The notes under the pieces: model-generated
What the model was told of the DNA's origin: nothing
Seen by the model: the letters and a program-made list of their open reading frames with translations, nothing else
Database searches by the model: none
Shown here: positions 36,649 to 47,246 of the stretch, piece by piece
How positions within the stretch are numbered: position 1 is the first letter of the stretch
Layout of the letters: every line of letters begins with the position of its first letter
Source of the DNA: a virus
Taxonomy: Duplodnaviria; Heunggongvirae; Uroviricota; Caudoviricetes
IMG/VR virus record: IMGVR_UViG_2512047041_000006
DNA: 47,976 nucleotides
Strand: one strand, 5' to 3'
Made by a program: the position numbers and the translations under genes

Positions 36649-36974
36649 AAACCTTTCGCTGGAAAGTGAAGCCGGATATGGAGGTGAACTCGCAGCCATC
36701 GGTGCGTGAAGTGCGTTTTGGTTACGGGTACTCACAGCGTATGGCGGCAGGGCTGAATGCTGACCTGAAAACATACAGGGTGACGCTTTCCGTGACCCGG
36801 GAGGAGGCCCGGCATCTGGAAGCGTTCCTGGCAGAGCACGGTGGCTGGAAGGCATTTTTGTGGAAGCCACCCTATGCATACCGGCAGATAAAGGTGACCT
36901 GTGCCGGGTGGTCTGCGCGGGTCGGGATGTTGCGCGTTGAGTTCAGCGCGGAGTTTAAGCAGGTGGTGAACTGA
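36645..36974 (+). CDS. M: Minor tail protein gpM
   Basis: 109 aa; MKTFRWKVKP...LRVEFSAEF.QVVN as lambda M. Confidence 0.92.
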   Translation: MKTFRWKVKPDMEVNSQPSVREVRFGYGYSQRMAAGLNADLKTYRVTLSVTREEARHLEAFLAEHGGWKAFLWKPPYAYRQIKVTCAGWSARVGMLRVEFSAEFKQVVN

Positions 36975-37672
36975 TGCAGGATATTCGCGAAGAAAGTCTG
37001 AACGAGTCGGTTAAGTCAGAGCAGTCACCGCGGGTGGTACTCTGGGAAATCGACCTGACGGTGCAGGGCGGTGAGCGGTATTTTTTCTGCAATGAGCTGA
37101 ATGAAAAAGGGGAGCCGGTGACCTGGCAGGGGCGTGAATATCAGGCGTACCCGATTGAGGGGAGTGGCTTTGAGATGAACGGGAAGGGCAGCAGTGCCAG
37201 ACCATCGCTGACGGTGTCCAATCTGTTTGGTCTGGTCACCGGGATGGCGGAAGACCTGCAGAGTCTGGTGGGGGCCACGGTGGTCCGCCGCCGGGTGTAT
37301 GCCCGTTTTCTGGATGCGGTGAATTTCGTTGCGGGCAATCCGGAGGCGGACCCGGAGCAGGAGCTGAGTGACCGCTGGGTGGTGGAGCAGATGTCGCAGC
37401 TGACAGCCATGACGGCCTCGTTTGTGCTGGCCACACCGACCGAGACGGACGGGGCGCTGTTTCCCGGTCGTATCATGCTGGCGAACACCTGTATGTGGAC
37501 CTGCCGCTCTGATGAGTGTGGTTACACGGGCGGGGCTGTGGCGGATGAGTTCGATAAACCCACCACGGATATCCGTAAGGACAGATGCAGCAAGTGCATG
37601 CGCGGGTGTGAACTGCGCAGGAATGTCGGCAATTTTGGCGGTTTCCTTTCCATTAATAAACTTTCGCAGTAA
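36974..37672 (+). CDS. L: Minor tail protein gpL
   Basis: 232 aa; C-terminal Cys-rich motif (CMWTCRSDECGY...CSKCMRGC). Confidence 0.9.
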   Translation: MQDIREESLNESVKSEQSPRVVLWEIDLTVQGGERYFFCNELNEKGEPVTWQGREYQAYPIEGSGFEMNGKGSSARPSLTVSNLFGLVTGMAEDLQSLVGATVVRRRVYARFLDAVNFVAGNPEADPEQELSDRWVVEQMSQLTAMTASFVLATPTETDGALFPGRIMLANTCMWTCRSDECGYTGGAVADEFDKPTTDIRKDRCSKCMRGCELRRNVGNFGGFLSINKLSQ

Positions 37673-37682
37673 ATCCCGGTTT

Positions 37683-38426
37683 ATGACACAGACTGAATCA
37701 GCGATTCTGGCGCATGCCCGGCGGTGTGCGCCTGCGGAGTCGTGCGGCTTCGTGATAAGCACGCCGGAGGGGGAGCGGTATATCCCTTGTGTGAATATTT
37801 CCGCGGAGCCGGAGGCGTATTTTCGTATCGCACCGGAAGACTGGCTGCGGGCAGAGATGCAGGGGGAGATTGTGGCACTGGTCCACAGTCATCCCGGTGG
37901 GCTGCCCTGGCTGAGCGAGGCTGACCGGCGGCTGCAGATAAAAAGCGCACTGCCCTGGTGGCTGGTCTGCCGGGGTGACATTCACAAATTCCGCTGTGTG
38001 CCACATCTGACGGGACGGCGCTTTGAGCACGGGGTGACGGACTGTTACACGCTGTTCCGGGATGCTTATCATCTGGCGGGGACTGAAATGCCGGATTTTC
38101 ATCGCGAGGATGACTGGTGGCGCAACGGCCAGAACCTGTACCTGGACAACCTGGCGGAAAACGGCTTTTGCCGGGTGTCTCCGTCCTCTGCACAGGCAGG
38201 CGATGTGCTGCTGTGCTGCTTTGGTTCATCGGTGCCGAATCATGCCGCCGTTTACTGTGGTGACGGCGAGCTGCTGCACCATATTCCTGAACAACTGAGT
38301 AAACGGGAGAGGTATTCCGAAAAATGGCAACGACGAACGCATTCAGTCTGGCGTCACCGCCACTGGCACGCATCCGCCTTTACGGGGATTTACAACGATT
38401 TGGCCGCCGCCTCAGCCTGTATGTGA
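37683..38426 (+). CDS. K: Tail tip assembly protein gpK (NlpC/P60-like)
   Basis: Starts MTQTESAILAHARRC; Cys/His catalytic region; 3' end overlaps gene I by 103 nt; ORF track begins upstream at 37422. Confidence 0.85.
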   Translation: MTQTESAILAHARRCAPAESCGFVISTPEGERYIPCVNISAEPEAYFRIAPEDWLRAEMQGEIVALVHSHPGGLPWLSEADRRLQIKSALPWWLVCRGDIHKFRCVPHLTGRRFEHGVTDCYTLFRDAYHLAGTEMPDFHREDDWWRNGQNLYLDNLAENGFCRVSPSSAQAGDVLLCCFGSSVPNHAAVYCGDGELLHHIPEQLSKRERYSEKWQRRTHSVWRHRHWHASAFTGIYNDLAAASACM

Positions 38427-39004
38427 ACACGGCAGCGGAAGCCATTCGCGCCCTGTCGATGCAGATGCCGGGCTTTCGCCGTCAGATGAACGAAGGCTGG
38501 TACCAGATACGTATTGCCGGTGATGACACGGCACCGGAGGCGGTGTACGCCCGTCTTCACGAACAGCTGGGTGAGGGAACGGTCATCCACATTGTGCCGC
38601 GACTGGCCGGGGCCGGAAAGGGTGGACTGCAGATTGTGCTGGGGGCGGCAGCCATCGTGGGCTCTTTCTTCACGGCCGGTGCCTCGATGGTGTTATGGGG
38701 TACAGCCCTGAGTGCCGGCGGTTTTTCTGCCACCACGATGCTGTTTTCACTGGGGGCCAGCATGATACTGGGCGGTGTGGCCCAGATGCTGGCCCCGAAG
38801 GCAAAAACACCGGATTACCGCGCAACGGATAACGGCAGACAGAACACGTACTTTTCCTCGCTGGATAACATGATTGCCCAGGGGAACCCGATGCCGGTGC
38901 CTTACGGGGAAATGCTGGTTGGCTCCCGCCGTATATCCCTGGACATCAGCACCCGTGATGAAGGCGGGGGCGGAAAGGTCGTGGTTATCGGGCGGCAGGG
39001 GTAA
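38324..39004 (+). CDS. I: Tail tip assembly protein gpI
   Basis: 226 aa; LYGDLQRFGRR...IHIVPR.AGA..GG...IVLGAAAI.GSFFTAGA as lambda I. Confidence 0.88.
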   Translation: MATTNAFSLASPPLARIRLYGDLQRFGRRLSLYVNTAAEAIRALSMQMPGFRRQMNEGWYQIRIAGDDTAPEAVYARLHEQLGEGTVIHIVPRLAGAGKGGLQIVLGAAAIVGSFFTAGASMVLWGTALSAGGFSATTMLFSLGASMILGGVAQMLAPKAKTPDYRATDNGRQNTYFSSLDNMIAQGNPMPVPYGEMLVGSRRISLDISTRDEGGGGKVVVIGRQG

Positions 39005-39007
39005 AAA

Positions 39008-39108
39008 GAATAAAAAAATCCCGCAGTGATCGCGGACAGGAACTGCGGGAGAGTTACGAAGATTAAGTGTAAGGAATTATTCTTATATCACGACAAAAAA
39101 ATTAACGC
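39008..39108 (-). ncRNA. Candidate small RNA in I-J intergenic insertion
   Basis: Minus-strand promoter (-35 TTCACA at 39137-39142, 16-bp spacer, -10 TATAAT at 39115-39120) followed about 65 nt downstream by hairpin CCCGCAGT...ACTGCGGG (39020-39049) and T-rich run ATTTTTTTATTCTTT; no ORF. Confidence 0.35.
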
Positions 39109-39114
39109 AGAGAA

Positions 39115-39142
39115 ATTATACGCGCCACAGTCAGTTTGTGAA
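39115..39142 (-). promoter_or_regulatory. Sigma70-like promoter driving candidate sRNA
   Basis: TTCACA-N16-TATAAT read on minus strand; AT-rich upstream region. Confidence 0.4.
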
Positions 39143-39347
39143 AATGTGAAGATATTCAGAATTTTTATGCCATTACCGGTTTTAACCAACAGGATTATCG
39201 GTGGGCATGAAAGAAAACCCCGGTATCTGCTGATACCGGGGTTTCTCTTTAGCATGGCAGAAATGTGTTTCATGCTTTTCGGGCGAAGGATATCCGACTT
39301 CTGTACGGAATGGCAAGTGGCGGTTAATTTATTCAGGGGAAGGCTGT

Positions 39348-42300
39348 ATGGGAAAAGGTGGCGGTAAGGCACACACGCCTCGTGAGGCGAAGGATAATCT
39401 CAAATCCACGCAGATGATGAGTGTGATTGATGCGATTGGTGAGGGACCGATAGAAGGTCCGGTGAAGGGACTGCAGAGTATTCTGGTGAACAAAACCCCG
39501 CTGACGGACACGGACGGTAATCCCGTGATACACGGTGTGACTGCGGTCTGGCGTGCCGGGGAGCAGGAGCAGACACCACCGGAAGGCTTTGAGTCCTCCG
39601 GAGCTGAAACCGGACTGGGCGTGGAAGTGACGAAGGCAAAACCGGTGACGCGCACCATTACGTCCGCGAACATTGACCGCCTGCGGGTTACCTTCGGGGT
39701 GCAGTCACTGGTGCAGACCACGTCAAAGGGCGACCGTAATCCTTCCTCTGTCCGGATTCTGATTCAGTTACAGCGTAATGGCCGCTGGGTGACGGAAAAG
39801 GATGTCACCATTAACGGCAAGACCACCTCGCAGTTCCTGGCCTCGGTGATTCTGGATAATCTGCCTCCCCGGCCCTTTAACATCCGGATGGTCAGGGAGA
39901 CGGCGGACAGCACCACGGACCAGCTGCAGAATAAGACGCTGTGGTCGTCATACACCGAAATCATCGATGTGAAACAGTGCTACCCGAACACGGCCATTGT
40001 GGGGCTGCAGGTGGATGCGGAGCAGTTCGGCGGCCAGCAGATGACGGTGAACTACCATATCCGCGGTCGCATCATCCAGGTGCCGTCAAACTATGACCCG
40101 GAAAAACGCACGTACAGTGGTATCTGGGACGGCAGCCTGAAACCGGCATACAGCAACAACCCGGCCTGGTGTCTGTGGGACATGCTGACTCACCCGCGCT
40201 ACGGCATGGGAAAACGTCTGGGGGCGGCGGATGTGGACAAGTGGGCGCTGTATGCCATCGGGCAGTACTGCGACCAGACGGTCCCGGATGGTTTCGGGGG
40301 GACCGAGCCGCGGATGACCTTTAATGCGTACCTGGCACAACAGCGTAAGGCGTGGGACGTTCTCAGTGATTTCTGCTCTGCGATGCGCTGTATGCCGGTA
40401 TGGAACGGCCAGACGCTGACGTTCGTTCAGGACCGTCCGTCGGATGTGGTGTGGCCGTACACCAACAGCGATGTGGTGGTGGATGATAACGGCGTGGGTT
40501 TCCGCTACAGCTTCAGTGCCCTGAAGGACCGGCACACGGCAGTGGAGGTGAATTACACCGACCCGCAGAACGGCTGGCAGACCTCCACGGAACTGGTGGA
40601 AGACCCGGAAGCCATACTGCGCTACGGACGCAACCTGCTGAAGATGGACGCGTTCGGCTGTACCAGCCGCGGTCAGGCCCACCGTGCCGGGCTGTGGGTG
40701 ATAAAGACCGAACTGCTGGAAACGCAGACGGTGGATTTCACGCTCGGGTCACAGGGGCTGCGTCACACACCCGGTGACATCATTGAAATCTGTGATAACG
40801 ACTATGCCGGGACCATGACCGGCGGACGTGTCCTGTCCATCGATGCCGCCAGCCGTACCCTGACGCTGGACCGGGAGGTGACACTGCCGGAGACCGGCAC
40901 GGCCACTGTTAATCTGATTAACGGCAGCGGTAAGCCGGCGAGCGTGGCCATCACCGCACACCCCGCGCCTGACCGGATACAGGTCAGCACCCTGCCGGAT
41001 GGTGTGGAGACATACGGGGTGTGGGGACTCTCCCTGCCGTCACTGCGTCGTCGCCTGTTCCGCTGTGTCTCCATCCGGGAAAACACGGACGGCACGTTCG
41101 CCATCACGGCGGTGCAGCACGTACCGGAAAAAGAAGCCATTGTGGATAACGGTGCCCGCTTTGAGCCGCAGTCAGGCAGCCTGAACAGCGTTATCCCACC
41201 GGCAGTGCAGCACCTGACGGTGGAGGTGAGTGCAGCTGACGGTCAGTATCTGGCACAGGCGAAATGGGACACGCCGCGGGTGGTGAAGGGTGTGCGCTTC
41301 AGTCTGCGTCTGACCAGCGGAAGCGGAGAAGACAGCCGTCTGGTGAGCACCGCCATCACCGCAGACACGGAGCACCGTTTCAGTGGTCTGCCGCTGGGGG
41401 AATACACCCTGACGGTGCGGGCCATTAACAGCTACGGCCAGCAGGGCGAACCTGCGACCACCACCTTCCGGATTAACGCGCCTGCAAAACCCGCCACCAT
41501 TGAGCTGACGCCGGGGTATTTTCAGATAACGGCGGTACCGGTGCTGGCGGTGTATGACCCGACGGTGCAGTTTGAGTTCTGGTTTTCGGAAAAACGCATC
41601 ACGAACACGGCACAGGTGGAAAAATCTGCCCGTTATCTGGGGACCGGCAGTCAGTGGACTGTCCAGGGCGATCGGATTAAGCCGGGGATGGATTTCTGGT
41701 TTTATGTGCGCAGTGTCAACCTGGTGGGCAAGTCTGCATTTGTGGAAGCCAGCGGGCAGGCCAGCAATGATGCAAAAGGGTATCTGGAATTTTTCCGTGG
41801 TCTGATAGATGAGACGCTGCTGGGGCAGGCACTGAAAAAGCGCATTGATGCGTCAGCCCTGCGATCGGATGTCACTCAACTGGAAGAGAATATCGGACAA
41901 CTGGAAGAAGACATCCGTCAGCGGATGGACACGGATATTGCGGAAGTGACCCGGAAAATCGGGGAGGCGGAAAACAGCCTCACGCAGCTGGTTGCGAAAA
42001 AGAATGAGGATCAGACGCTGGCCATCGCGCAGGTGAGTCAGAAAGTGGACCGTGTCAGCAGTGAAATCTCACAGACGGTCAGTCAGAGCAGTGAGGAAAA
42101 TACCCGACAGATAGCACAGGTCCGCCAGTACGTGGACAAAAAGCAAAGTGAAATCAAGCAGACAGTCAGCCAGGGCCAGTCAGAAAACGCCCGGCAGATA
42201 GCACAGGTCCGTCAGTACGTGGATGAAAAAGGGAGTGAAATTGCCTCGACCACGGATAAAAAACTGGGTGACCAGGCCGTGACCATACAGCAAATCCAGC

Positions 42301-43148
42301 GGGTTCAGTCAGACACGCGCGATAATCTGAATGCCATGTATATGCTGAAGGTGCAGAAAACGAAGAAGGGTATTCCGTATGTGGCCGGGATTGGCGCGGG
42401 GATCGAGGATGTCGATGGTCAGACGCTGAGTAACATTCTGCTGCAGGCCGATCGCATTGCGATGATTACTCCGGAGAACGGTAACACCACGCCGTTATTT
42501 GTGGCGCAGGGGAATCAGCTGTTCATGAACGACGTGTTCCTGAAGCGACTGTTTGCGGTGAGCATCACGTCATCCGGCAATCCTCCGACGTTTTCCCTGA
42601 CGCCGGATGGCAGGCTGACAGCCCGCAATGCGGATATCAGTGGAGCCATCACGGCGAATACCGGCACGCTCAATAATGTCACCATTAACGAGAACTGTGT
42701 CATCAGAGGGAAACTGTCTGCAAACCAGATTGAAGGCGATCTCGTTAAAACAGTGGGTAAGGCTTTCCCCCGTGACTCCCGTGCACCGGAGCGTTGGCCA
42801 TCAGGAACCATTACCGTCAGGGTTTATGACGATCAGCCGTTTAACCGGCAGATTGTTATTCCGGCGGTGGCTTTCAGCGGTGCCAGACATGAGCGGGAGA
42901 ACAGCGATACTTATTCGTCATGCCGCCTGATAGTGAAGAAAAACGGTGCTGAAATTTATAACCGTACCGCGATGGATAATACGCTGGTTTACAGTGGTGT
43001 TATTGATATGCCTGCTGGTCGCGGCCACATGACGCTGGAGTTTTCTGTATCAGCATGGTGGGTAAATGGCTGGTATCCCACAGCAAGTATCAGCGATTTG
43101 CTGGTTGTTGTGATGAAGAAAGCCACTGCAGGCATCACGATTAGCTGA
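39348..43148 (+). CDS. J: Tail tip host-specificity protein gpJ
   Basis: 1266 aa; lambda J-like N-terminal two-thirds; coiled-coil tandem repeats around residues 840-960; GGAAGG SD. Confidence 0.9.
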   Translation: MGKGGGKAHTPREAKDNLKSTQMMSVIDAIGEGPIEGPVKGLQSILVNKTPLTDTDGNPVIHGVTAVWRAGEQEQTPPEGFESSGAETGLGVEVTKAKPVTRTITSANIDRLRVTFGVQSLVQTTSKGDRNPSSVRILIQLQRNGRWVTEKDVTINGKTTSQFLASVILDNLPPRPFNIRMVRETADSTTDQLQNKTLWSSYTEIIDVKQCYPNTAIVGLQVDAEQFGGQQMTVNYHIRGRIIQVPSNYDPEKRTYSGIWDGSLKPAYSNNPAWCLWDMLTHPRYGMGKRLGAADVDKWALYAIGQYCDQTVPDGFGGTEPRMTFNAYLAQQRKAWDVLSDFCSAMRCMPVWNGQTLTFVQDRPSDVVWPYTNSDVVVDDNGVGFRYSFSALKDRHTAVEVNYTDPQNGWQTSTELVEDPEAILRYGRNLLKMDAFGCTSRGQAHRAGLWVIKTELLETQTVDFTLGSQGLRHTPGDIIEICDNDYAGTMTGGRVLSIDAASRTLTLDREVTLPETGTATVNLINGSGKPASVAITAHPAPDRIQVSTLPDGVETYGVWGLSLPSLRRRLFRCVSIRENTDGTFAITAVQHVPEKEAIVDNGARFEPQSGSLNSVIPPAVQHLTVEVSAADGQYLAQAKWDTPRVVKGVRFSLRLTSGSGEDSRLVSTAITADTEHRFSGLPLGEYTLTVRAINSYGQQGEPATTTFRINAPAKPATIELTPGYFQITAVPVLAVYDPTVQFEFWFSEKRITNTAQVEKSARYLGTGSQWTVQGDRIKPGMDFWFYVRSVNLVGKSAFVEASGQASNDAKGYLEFFRGLIDETLLGQALKKRIDASALRSDVTQLEENIGQLEEDIRQRMDTDIAEVTRKIGEAENSLTQLVAKKNEDQTLAIAQVSQKVDRVSSEISQTVSQSSEENTRQIAQVRQYVDKKQSEIKQTVSQGQSENARQIAQVRQYVDEKGSEIASTTDKKLGDQAVTIQQIQRVQSDTRDNLNAMYMLKVQKTKKGIPYVAGIGAGIEDVDGQTLSNILLQADRIAMITPENGNTTPLFVAQGNQLFMNDVFLKRLFAVSITSSGNPPTFSLTPDGRLTARNADISGAITANTGTLNNVTINENCVIRGKLSANQIEGDLVKTVGKAFPRDSRAPERWPSGTITVRVYDDQPFNRQIVIPAVAFSGARHERENSDTYSSCRLIVKKNGAEIYNRTAMDNTLVYSGVIDMPAGRGHMTLEFSVSAWWVNGWYPTASISDLLVVVMKKATAGITIS

Positions 43149-43166
43149 ATTTTATAACCCCAATAC

Positions 43167-43191
43167 GGGCGCCAGAAATGGCGCCTTTTTT
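43167..43191 (+). terminator. Rho-independent terminator after J
   Basis: GGCGCC-AGAAAT-GGCGCC hairpin followed by TTTTTT. Confidence 0.6.
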
Positions 43192-43215
43192 ATTGCAGAA
43201 AAGCGAGAGGTAATT

Positions 43216-43815
43216 ATGCGTAAATTATGTGCTGTTATTCTGTCCGCAGTAGTCTGGCTGGTTGCCGCTGGTACGCCAGCGAGCGCAGCAGAGCATCAGT
43301 CCACACTAAGCGCCGGGTATCTTCAGACCCACACTGATATGCCAGGAAGCGATAATCTGAACGGGATTAACGTGAAATACCGTTATGAATTTACGGACAC
43401 GCTGGGGCTGATTACGTCTTTCAGTTATGCCGACGCAGAAGATGAACAAAAAACGCATTACAGCGATACCCGCTGGCATGAAGATTCCGTGCGTAACCGC
43501 TGGTTCAGCGTAATGGCGGGGCCGTCTGTGCGCGTGAATGAATGGTTCAGCGCGTATGCGATGGCGGGTGTGGCTTACAGCCGTGTGTCGACTTTCTCCG
43601 GGGATTATCTCCGCGTAACTGACAACAAGGGGAAAACGCACGACGTGCTGACCGGAAGTGATGACGGTCGCCACAGCAATACCTCTCTGGCGTGGGGGGC
43701 TGGCGTGCAGTTTAACCCGACCGAATCCGTGACCATTGACCTTGCTTATGAAGGTTCCGGTAGTGGCGACTGGCGAACGGATGCATTTATTGTTGGTATC
43801 GGATACCGTTTCTGA
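43216..43815 (+). CDS. lom: Lom-like outer membrane protein (Ail/PagC family)
   Basis: 199 aa; signal peptide, beta-barrel C-terminal GYRF; position after J as in lambda. Confidence 0.85.
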   Translation: MRKLCAVILSAVVWLVAAGTPASAAEHQSTLSAGYLQTHTDMPGSDNLNGINVKYRYEFTDTLGLITSFSYADAEDEQKTHYSDTRWHEDSVRNRWFSVMAGPSVRVNEWFSAYAMAGVAYSRVSTFSGDYLRVTDNKGKTHDVLTGSDDGRHSNTSLAWGAGVQFNPTESVTIDLAYEGSGSGDWRTDAFIVGIGYRF

Positions 43816-43920
43816 CAACAGACGCCGATTTATCTTCTGTAAATATTGTTATGATACGCAGGTTCATCCGCCTTATGGGGTGAACTGCGTTTGAGGAAAC
43901 GTAAAGTTACACTGTCCTGA

Positions 43921-43954
43921 AGCCCGTGGCGTCACTGCTGCGGGCTTTTTTTAT
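43921..43954 (+). terminator. Rho-independent terminator after lom
   Basis: AGCCCGTGGC...GCTGCGGGCT hairpin followed by T9. Confidence 0.6.
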
Positions 43955-43966
43955 TGGTGGAAAAGT

Positions 43967-46030
43967 ATGACAGTAAAAATTTCTGGCGTGCTTAAAGATG
44001 GCACAGGAAAACCAGTACAGAACTGCACCATTGTGCTGAAGGCCAGACGGACCAGCAGCACGGTGGTGGTGAACACGGTGGCCTCTGAAAATCCGGATGA
44101 AGCCGGGCGTTACAGCATGGATGTTGAGTATGGCCAGTACAGCGTCACCCTGCTGGTTGAAGGTTTTCCACCTTCACATGCCGGGACCATTACCGTCTAT
44201 GAAGGTTCCAGACCAGGTACGCTGAATGATTTTCTCGGTGCCATGACGGAGGATGATGCCCGTCCGGAGGCACTGCGCCGTTTTGAGCTGATGGTGAATG
44301 AAGTGGCACGTCATGCCGGAGCGTCATCACAGAGTGCAGCGGCGGCAAAGAAATCCGAAACGGCAGCAGCCTCATCGAAGAATGCAGCGAAAACCTCAGA
44401 AACGAATGCAGCTAACAGCGCACAAGCGGCAGCGGCCTCGCAGACTGCATCGGCAAACTCCGCGACAGCAGCCAAAAAATCAGAAACCAACGCGAAAAAT
44501 AGCGAGACAGCCACAAAGGCCAGCGAAAAAAACGCAAAATCCAGCCAGACGGCAGCGAAAACCAGTGAGACGAATGCCAAAGACAGTGAAGCCAACGCAA
44601 AGGTGAGCGAAACAGCGGCGGCGAACTCGGCGAAAGCATCGGCAGCAAGCCAGACGGCAGCAAAAGCAAGTGAAGATGCTGCCAGAGAATACGCAAACCA
44701 GACAGCAGAGCCGTACAGATATGTTTTACAGCCGCTGCCGGATGTGTGGATACCCTTTAATGATTCGCTGGATATGATTACGGGCTATTCTCCGGGTTAT
44801 AAAAAAGTGAAGATTGGTGATAATGTGGTTCAGGTTGCCAGTGATAAACAGGTTAATTTCAGTCGCGCATCAACGGCAACATATATCAACAAATCTGGCG
44901 AACTGAAAACGGCGGAAATTAATGAGCCACGATTTGAGTGTGATGGCCTGCTTATTGAGGGGCAAAGAACGAACTTCTTCCCGAACAGTACAGACCCTTC
45001 GAAGTGGAATAAGTCAACTTCACTGGACGTTACAGAAACAGGCACAGATAGTTTCGGGTTTAATTATGGCCGGTTTGTCGTACAGGATTCGATTGTTGGT
45101 ACAAGTAAAGCGCATACCATTATCGGACTGTATTCGAGTACCGGAGGGGTTGATACTTCAGGGGACGAAAAGCATGTAACTATATCCTGTCGGGTAAAAA
45201 GTGAAGTTGATAATATCGCCGTTCGTATTTTATTTGAACATTATGATGGGGAGGTAAGGACATCAATAGGAGCAGCAAACCTGAACCTTACCACCCGCAT
45301 AATTAGCAAGACAGGTCAGACAAGCCGTGTTACAGCAAGGTCTGTTAAGGATGATGCAACTGGCTGGATATTTTTTGAGGCTACATTAAAAGCAGATACA
45401 ACAGAAAATACGGTTGGTGGTTTTGTCCAGTATTCTCCGGATACAGGGCAGATGGTTGCATCAGGGGATTATCTCGATGTAACCACTCCACAGATTGAGG
45501 CTGGTACAGGCGCATCATCTTTTATTGTTACGGGGACGGCACCGGTAACGCGGGCAAGCGATATGGTTACAGTTCCGATTAAGAATAATCTTTATAATCT
45601 TCCTTTTACGGTTCTTTGTGAGGTACATAAGAACTGGTATAAAACGCCAAATGCAGCACCGCGTGTTTTTGACACATACCGGCATCAGGCAGATGCGGGG
45701 ATCGTAATGGGGTTTGGTTCATCAGGTGGGTACGACGGTTTTCCGTATTGTGATATAGGTGGTTCAAACCGACGAATAAATGAAAATGCCGGGCTGGAAA
45801 AAATGCTTATTGGTATGCGGGTAAAGTCCGAACGGTCCACATGTGTAGTCAGTAACGGTAAGTTAAGCAGCGAAACTAAAACCAAATGGGAATATATCCG
45901 GAGTACAGCAACCATTCGCATTGGTGGACAAACTACAGCAGGATTACGCCATTTATTTGGGCATGTGAGGAATTTTCGTCTCTGGCATAAAGAGCTAACA
46001 GATGCGCAGCTTGGGGAGGTTGTGGAGTGA
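43967..46030 (+). CDS. stf: Side tail fibre protein (Stf-like), mosaic
   Basis: 687 aa; N-terminal ~110 aa near-identical to lambda Stf as recalled (VKISGVLKDGTGKPVQNCTI...); Ala/Ser/Thr/Lys-rich repeat stalk; divergent C-terminal domain. Confidence 0.8.
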   Translation: MTVKISGVLKDGTGKPVQNCTIVLKARRTSSTVVVNTVASENPDEAGRYSMDVEYGQYSVTLLVEGFPPSHAGTITVYEGSRPGTLNDFLGAMTEDDARPEALRRFELMVNEVARHAGASSQSAAAAKKSETAAASSKNAAKTSETNAANSAQAAAASQTASANSATAAKKSETNAKNSETATKASEKNAKSSQTAAKTSETNAKDSEANAKVSETAAANSAKASAASQTAAKASEDAAREYANQTAEPYRYVLQPLPDVWIPFNDSLDMITGYSPGYKKVKIGDNVVQVASDKQVNFSRASTATYINKSGELKTAEINEPRFECDGLLIEGQRTNFFPNSTDPSKWNKSTSLDVTETGTDSFGFNYGRFVVQDSIVGTSKAHTIIGLYSSTGGVDTSGDEKHVTISCRVKSEVDNIAVRILFEHYDGEVRTSIGAANLNLTTRIISKTGQTSRVTARSVKDDATGWIFFEATLKADTTENTVGGFVQYSPDTGQMVASGDYLDVTTPQIEAGTGASSFIVTGTAPVTRASDMVTVPIKNNLYNLPFTVLCEVHKNWYKTPNAAPRVFDTYRHQADAGIVMGFGSSGGYDGFPYCDIGGSNRRINENAGLEKMLIGMRVKSERSTCVVSNGKLSSETKTKWEYIRSTATIRIGGQTTAGLRHLFGHVRNFRLWHKELTDAQLGEVVE

Positions 46031-46305
46031 GAGATTTCACGTTGCGTTTCAGTGATAAAGCAGATTTCAGGGCATTTCTCAGGAAACTTAACTGGGAAGA
46101 GGACGAAGAGCTGCAGAATGCCGTTCTGGTTGATGAGATTGGTTTTACGTTCAGTGAGTCAGGTGTTTCTGCTGACGGGGAGCCTGAATACACGCGAGAC
46201 GAAGGGTACTTTGTTAATATTCGTCTTCTTGACGATGGCTTTGATGAATCCGTGTTCCGTGAGTGGGTGGTTACACCAGAGCGCCCGCTCAGGGAGTGGT
46301 TTTAA
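46027..46305 (+). CDS. Hypothetical acidic protein coupled to tail fibre gene
   Basis: 92-aa ORF, GTG start overlapping stf stop. Confidence 0.45.
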   Translation: MRDFTLRFSDKADFRAFLRKLNWEEDEELQNAVLVDEIGFTFSESGVSADGEPEYTRDEGYFVNIRLLDDGFDESVFREWVVTPERPLREWF

Positions 46306-46314
46306 GGGGAGCAG

Positions 46315-46611
46315 ATGGATATCACGCCGATACTTCATGCAATTTGTGCTGTGGCGGTACAGGGGCTGGTTGGGTGCATTACCGGTGACTGGGCTTATGG
46401 TGCAGCCATTGCCTGTACGTTTTTTGTTGCCCGCGAATATACCCAGGCAGAATATCGCTGGATTAAGCGTTTTGGTGATGGTCACCGACATAAGATGCCG
46501 TGGTGGGGCGGTTTTGATCCGCACGCGTGGGATGTGGCAAGCCTGATGGATTTTGTGGTGCCGGTGGTGGCCTGTGCGGGATTGTATGGCTGTATGCTGA
46601 TTTTTAGCTGA
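46315..46611 (+). CDS. Hypothetical membrane protein
   Basis: 98-aa ORF with two to three hydrophobic segments; GGGGAG SD. Confidence 0.45.
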   Translation: MDITPILHAICAVAVQGLVGCITGDWAYGAAIACTFFVAREYTQAEYRWIKRFGDGHRHKMPWWGGFDPHAWDVASLMDFVVPVVACAGLYGCMLIFS

Positions 46612-46635
46612 AAAAAAGGGAGCGCTCAGGCTCCC
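46611..46635 (-). terminator. Terminator for minus-strand ykgJ-like gene
   Basis: On minus strand GGGAGC-CTGAGC-GCTCCC hairpin followed by TTTTTTT. Confidence 0.45.
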
Positions 46636-46728
46636 CAATCGGAAGAAATCGCTTGAAACGACAAGCTTGTTGTTACGCCCTCTAAGAATGTTATATAAAA
46701 CATGCCATTGCCGTGATTATGATCGCGT

Positions 46729-47061
46729 TTAATAAAGAGGGGGTAGCCCATATTTTGCACGAGCGCGGTTGCATGCTTCATTCACGATGCCGTGTTCTCC
46801 GGACATCGGAAATTCTCTGCAGGTGGATGAGCGATGTTCATAAATGCTGCAGTAGGCATTGACTCCCGGTTGGCCGATCAGGGCCACACAGCGAGGATTT
46901 TTCTGGTTAGTGCCCTGCATGCATTGATGGTAGGGAGAGATTTGTTCTGTCATCGTTACGGGGATGGTGCCGCCAGCATCATCTGTTTCAACCCAGTAAA
47001 AAGAGACGCGGAAAAATGCACAACAGGCACCACACGTCATACATGGATTAGGATTGTTCAT
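46729..47061 (-). CDS. ykgJ: YkgJ-family zinc/iron-chelating domain protein (UPF0153)
   Basis: 110 aa; CxxCxxCC motif ([12 protein letters not shown]) and conserved C-terminal [25 protein letters not shown] as E. coli YkgJ (recalled). Confidence 0.8.
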   Translation of the reverse strand: MNNPNPCMTCGACCAFFRVSFYWVETDDAGGTIPVTMTEQISPYHQCMQGTNQKNPRCVALIGQPGVNAYCSIYEHRSSTCREFPMSGEHGIVNEACNRARAKYGLPPLY

Positions 47062-47246
47062 ACTTTTATTGCTTTAGCATCAATGAGTTATTATTACAGA
47101 TGTAACTGCAGAATTATGAATGGCATTCTGATATTTCTTTTATCATTTTGTTTACTTTTTATTTACTTTTGTAACTTGAAAAAGTGCTGTCTATGGTCAA
47201 TTAATTATAATGCAATCTATGAATTGCAATCCCATAATTACTTTTA

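Noticed and set aside
39026-39372. Track ORFs 39026-39367 (+) and 39088-39372 (-) in the I-J spacer
   Set aside because: AT-rich, no SD, GTG start inside a terminator hairpin, and they overlap the predicted promoter and terminator; more likely noncoding
44298-44606. Arg/Gln/Pro-rich 102-aa ORF inside stf
   Set aside because: Alternate-frame read of the low-complexity Ala/Ser/Thr/Lys repeat region of the tail fibre gene; compositionally implausible
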